Positions 16,529-20,292 of a DNA stretch of 20,292 nucleotides are shown here, one piece after another. The position numbers and the translations under genes are program-made. How positions within the stretch are numbered: the first letter of the stretch is position 1; every line of letters starts with the position of its first letter. Source of the DNA: Candidatus Eiseniibacteriota bacterium (lineage in GTDB: Bacteria > Eisenbacteria > RBG-16-71-46); assembly GCA_031364845.1 (NCBI GenBank), contig JANLWX010000212.1:1-20292 (forward strand), in the 5' to 3' direction. The notes below the pieces were generated by a model, which was not told the DNA's origin, searched no databases, and saw nothing but the letters and a program-made list of their open reading frames with translations.

Positions 16529-19500
16529 GTGCCACGCTTGAAGTTCGCCGTGGGGGCGCTCCTCGCGCTGCTCGGAATCGTCACGCTCTCGGGAACCGCA
16601 TCGGCGCAGTATTTCGGACAGAACAAGGTCCAGTATCGCCAGTACGACTGGCGCTCGATCGAGTCCGACCACTTCGAGGTCTATTTCTATCCGGGCCTCG
16701 ACAGCCTTGCGATGCGCGTGCTGGATCTCGCCGAGAAGACCCACGTCGTGCTGTCGGCGCGCATGGGCCACTCGCTCGGGCGCCGGGTCCCGATCATCCT
16801 CTACGGCTCCCACAACGACTTCGCCCAGACCAACGTCACCCCTGAGCTGATCGACGCCGGCACCGGTGGATTCACCGAGGCGCTGCGCAACCGCGTGGTG
16901 CTCCCATTCACCGGATCCTACGAGGATCTGCGCCACGTGGTGGTGCACGAACTCGTGCACGCGGTGATGTTCGATCTGCTCTACAGCGGCTCCGCCGCGG
17001 CGTTGATCGCGCGGCAGAGTTTCTACTCGGTGCCGCTGTGGTTCGCCGAAGGCATGGCCGAGTACTTCTCGCTCGGTGTGGAGTCGAACGGCGAGATGTT
17101 CCTGCGCGACGGGATCGTCGAAGGCTACCTGCCGCCGCTCATGTATTCGGGCGGCTACATCGTCTACAAGCAGGGCCAGTCGGCGCTCAGCTACCTCGTC
17201 GATCGCTACGGCGAGGACCGGCTGCGCGACGTGCTCAAGCGCATCCGCCAGACGCGCAGCTTCGAGCGCGCGTTCCAGGCCAGCATCGGCATGCCGATCG
17301 GCAAGTTCGACGAACAGTGGCGCCAGTGGTTGCGCAAACAGTACTGGCCGTCGGTCGCGCACAAGGACACGCCCGAGTCGTTCGCGCGCAGGTTGACGGA
17401 CCATCGGAGGGATCAGAGTTCGCTCAACACCGCGCCCTCGATCTCACCGCAGGGCGATCGCATCGCGTATTTCTCCGACCGCAGCCAGTACACCGACGTC
17501 TACGTGATGTCGGCGTTCGACGGGAAGGTGCTGCATCGCGTGATCCGCGGTGAGCGCAACTATCAGTACGAAACGATTCCGTCGTTCCGCAGTTCGATCA
17601 CCTGGTCGCCGGATGGCGAGCGGCTGGCGCTCACCGCGAAGAGCGGGGGCAGCGACGCGCTCTACATCGTCTCGGCGCGGACCGGCAAGACGCTCGAGAC
17701 GCTGAGGCTTCCGTGCGAGGCGCTCTACTTCCCGGTGTGGGCGCCGTCGGGGGATTCGATCGCGGTGGTGGGGGTGAAGGACGGCCGCTCCGACCTGTGG
17801 CTGGTGGCGGGCAAAGGCGGCCCGATCACGCGACTCACCGACGACGCCTACGACGAGAAGGAACCGGTGTGGTCGCCGGACGGACGCACGCTGACGTTCG
17901 CGTCGGACCGCCTCGCACCCGTCGTGCTGCAGGCGGTGAGCGATCCCAAGGGCTTCGGCCGCTACGGCATCTTCGGGCTCGATCTCTCGAGCAAGGAGGT
18001 GACTCGCACGGTCGACACGTTCGGAAACGATCACTCGCCCGCGTGGTCGCCCGACGGCCGCCGGCTCGCGTTCGTCTCCGACCGCGACGGCACGTCCAAC
18101 ATCTATCTCTACGATCTCGCCGAGCGCACGTTCATCCAGCTCACCGACGTGATGGGCGGTGTGTCGAGCCTGACCTGGTCGCGCCAGAACGATCGCCTCG
18201 TGTTCTCGGCGTTCAATCGCGGCGGCTTCGACGTGTTCGCGGTGAAAGAGCCGCTGTCGCTCGATCCGGTCGTCGAGCGGTTGCGCCGCCAGTCGCCCGA
18301 CGCCGTGCTCGATTCGACCGCAGCACTTGCGCCCGGCGGCGACACGCTCCGCATGGAGCCACGCCACGCCGCCCTCGCGCGCAGTGTTCCGGACACTGTG
18401 ACCGGCGCCACCTTTGATTCCACGCTCGCCGGAGCCCAGGCCGAAACGCCCGGACTCACCGGTGGCGGAAGCATGGGCCCGCCGACCGGGGAACTCGCTC
18501 CGATCGACCGCACGTTCGGCACTGATCCGAGGCGCGCGGTGCTGCCTCCCGACACGATGAAGATCGTGCCCCGCATCACCCTCACCGAGCGCGGCGGACC
18601 CTTTGCGCTTCCCGACTCGGTGCTGGCGCAGGCGTCGCGCCCCTATCGCGTGCGGCTCGCGCCGGACTATGCGGGCGGCGGTTTCTACGCGGCCGCCGGC
18701 TTCGGCTTCGTCGGCAGCACGCAGCTCGTGTTCAGCGATTTCCTCGGCGATCACAGCCTGTACGTCGCGACCGACCTGTTCTCCAATTCGATCGAGGAGA
18801 CCAACGCGCTCGCGGTCTACAGCTACCTCCGCCGCAGACTCGACGTCGGATTCGGCGTGTTCCACTTCAAGGACTATTTCTCTTCGCGAGTCACCACGCT
18901 GGGAGAGCAGCTCGACAGCCCGCGTCTGTTTTCGGAGCGCACGTTCGGCGCGCTGGTGAATGCGTCCTATCCCTTCGATCGCTTCCACCGCGTGGAGCTG
19001 AACCTCACGCAGATGTTCGTCGACCGGCAGTTCTTCGATGAGGACGGGCTCGGCAACTTCTTCGAAACCGGCTCGCAGTACCGTTCGGTGACCTCGCCTT
19101 CGGTTTCGCTCATTGGCGACAACGCGCTGTTCGGCTACTACGGACCTGTGAACGGGCAGCGCTGGAATCTCACGTACTCGCCCGCGGTGCCGTTGTTCGG
19201 CGACGCGCTGCGCTACCAGACGTTGACGCTCGATGCGCGTCGCTACTGGGACCTCACGCGTGGCTACACCTTCGCCGGCCGGGTTCTGACCGGAGCGAGC
19301 GACGGCAAGGACGCGCAGACCTTCCGGGTCGGCGGCTACTCCACGCTGCGCGGATACTCGGACTTCGACCAGCTCGGCACGCGCGTGGCGATCATGAACG
19401 CCGAGCTGCGTTTTCCCTTCATCCAGGAGCTCGGCATCCTCGGGCCGATTCCGATCGGCGTGTTCAACCTGCGGGGTGCGGTGTTCGCGGACGCCGGCTT

Positions 19501-19702
19501 CGTGTGGGACAAAGGCGACAAACTGCGCCTGATGCACACGTTCGACGGCAAGCGGCGGCTCGACGATCTCAAGTTCGGATTCGGCACTGGCATCCGCACG
19601 TCGCTCTACTTCCTGCTGCTCAAGGTCGACGCCGCGTGGAACACCGACTTCGCAGGCGCGAGCCAGCCGCGGTGGCACGTGAGCGTGGGGCCGGAGTTCT
19701 GA
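16529..19702 (+). CDS. Outer-membrane protein: peptidase-MA-like (HExxH) domain + six PD40/TolB-like repeats + Omp85-type beta-barrel
   Basis: GTG 16529 with SD GAGAGGA (16514-16520); signal peptide ending ASA-Q; HELVH and PLWFAEGMAEY; six WSPDG-type repeats; GGYSTLRGY lid motif; FADAG, GFGTGIR; terminal WHVSVGPEF. Confidence 0.88.
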   Translation: MPRLKFAVGALLALLGIVTLSGTASAQYFGQNKVQYRQYDWRSIESDHFEVYFYPGLDSLAMRVLDLAEKTHVVLSARMGHSLGRRVPIILYGSHNDFAQTNVTPELIDAGTGGFTEALRNRVVLPFTGSYEDLRHVVVHELVHAVMFDLLYSGSAAALIARQSFYSVPLWFAEGMAEYFSLGVESNGEMFLRDGIVEGYLPPLMYSGGYIVYKQGQSALSYLVDRYGEDRLRDVLKRIRQTRSFERAFQASIGMPIGKFDEQWRQWLRKQYWPSVAHKDTPESFARRLTDHRRDQSSLNTAPSISPQGDRIAYFSDRSQYTDVYVMSAFDGKVLHRVIRGERNYQYETIPSFRSSITWSPDGERLALTAKSGGSDALYIVSARTGKTLETLRLPCEALYFPVWAPSGDSIAVVGVKDGRSDLWLVAGKGGPITRLTDDAYDEKEPVWSPDGRTLTFASDRLAPVVLQAVSDPKGFGRYGIFGLDLSSKEVTRTVDTFGNDHSPAWSPDGRRLAFVSDRDGTSNIYLYDLAERTFIQLTDVMGGVSSLTWSRQNDRLVFSAFNRGGFDVFAVKEPLSLDPVVERLRRQSPDAVLDSTAALAPGGDTLRMEPRHAALARSVPDTVTGATFDSTLAGAQAETPGLTGGGSMGPPTGELAPIDRTFGTDPRRAVLPPDTMKIVPRITLTERGGPFALPDSVLAQASRPYRVRLAPDYAGGGFYAAAGFGFVGSTQLVFSDFLGDHSLYVATDLFSNSIEETNALAVYSYLRRRLDVGFGVFHFKDYFSSRVTTLGEQLDSPRLFSERTFGALVNASYPFDRFHRVELNLTQMFVDRQFFDEDGLGNFFETGSQYRSVTSPSVSLIGDNALFGYYGPVNGQRWNLTYSPAVPLFGDALRYQTLTLDARRYWDLTRGYTFAGRVLTGASDGKDAQTFRVGGYSTLRGYSDFDQLGTRVAIMNAELRFPFIQELGILGPIPIGVFNLRGAVFADAGFVWDKGDKLRLMHTFDGKRRLDDLKFGFGTGIRTSLYFLLLKVDAAWNTDFAGASQPRWHVSVGPEF

Positions 19703-19710
19703 GGTTCGCA

Positions 19711-20156
19711 CTAGCCGGTGGCGCTCGCTCGCGGTGAGGGTGCGGTAGCGATCGTCCTTCTCACTGCGTGCCCCAGTGCGGGCGTGCGGCCGCGCGCGCC
19801 GAGGAACTTGAGCGCGGCGTGGAGGCGTTCGTCGATCGAAGCGCCGGGATGGCTGCGGCTGTTTTGGATCGCCGCCCGGGCCTGATCGGCGCGACATCCG
19901 AGCTGCCTGAGGCAGTGAAGGAGGTCGGATTCGGTTTCTGGGTCCAGCGCGGGCGTATTTTCCGGTGTCGATTGCGCCTCGGCGACGCGACTCGGTGAAT
20001 CCGACGAGGTGTCAACGCGCGTCGCAGGCTCTCGTTCAGGTGTACGCGCCGCCGTCGCGCGCCGTTCCGCGGCCCTGCGCTTCGCCTCATCCCGCTTGCG
20101 CGCCATGAATCCCGCCCCAAACGTTTGTTCGGCTTCGTACTGGTTGTGTGTGCGAC
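19711..20156 (-). pseudogene. 3' part of an interrupted HNH-type endonuclease-like gene with a RuvA-C-terminal-like helical tail
   Basis: Minus strand reads (x)RTHNQYEAEQTFGAGFMARKR...DLLHCLRQLGCRADQARAAI...SIDERLHAALKFL, stop TAG at 19713-19711. RTHN resembles the CxxHN end of HNH domains and LRQLG..EA..A resembles RuvA domain III. Upstream of 20156 the frame loses this character. Confidence 0.6.
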
Positions 20157-20292
20157 TTGCGACAGGCAAAGCCTGAGAAAGGGGGATTCGCTGATGAAGC
20201 GGTGAAACCTTTCGCTGGAACCCTGCAGGTAACCAGTCCTGCCCGGTCAAGGCTGGCAACCAACCGGAACCGAGTGTTGCGTGGTCGGAGGG
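20157..20292 (+). mobile_element. Probable group II intron, 5' end / domain I (continues beyond the window)
   Basis: Begins TTGCG (20157; alternative canonical GTGCG at 20150). Hairpins CAGGC-AAA-GCCTG (20163-20175), GCAGG-n8-CCTGC (20225-20242) and CCGGT...ACCGG (20243-20267), then AACCGAGTGTTGCGTGGTC, which resembles bacterial group II domain I sequences as I recall them. Composition shifts to lower GC exactly where the HNH-like frame breaks. Confidence 0.7.

Noticed and set aside
17430..18250. Recurring TGGTCGCC(G/C)GA(C/T)GG DNA repeats
   Set aside because: These are simply the codons of the WSPDG PD40 protein repeats.

Overview
High-GC bacterial chromosomal window, almost all on the + strand, from a diderm (LPS/Omp85-containing) organism. 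It carries a variant of the conserved tsf-pyrH-frr-(uppS)-cdsA-dxr-rseP-Omp85 cluster. uppS is absent and its usual slot holds a ~180-bp nearly fully self-complementary element (MITE-like or structured RNA). An overlap-coupled LPS-type cassette lies between dxr and rseP: a truncated heptose-kinase remnant, a heptose adenylyltransferase-like gene, GT9, GT2 and two GT4. rseP is followed by a TamA-like Omp85 gene, tamB, and a second, apparently POTRA-less Omp85-barrel protein fused to a zinc-peptidase domain and a six-repeat PD40 propeller. At the right edge, a minus-strand HNH-type gene is cut at its His-Asn motif by what looks like the 5' end of a group II intron inserted in the antisense orientation. 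All calls come from reading motifs by eye; no searches were run.
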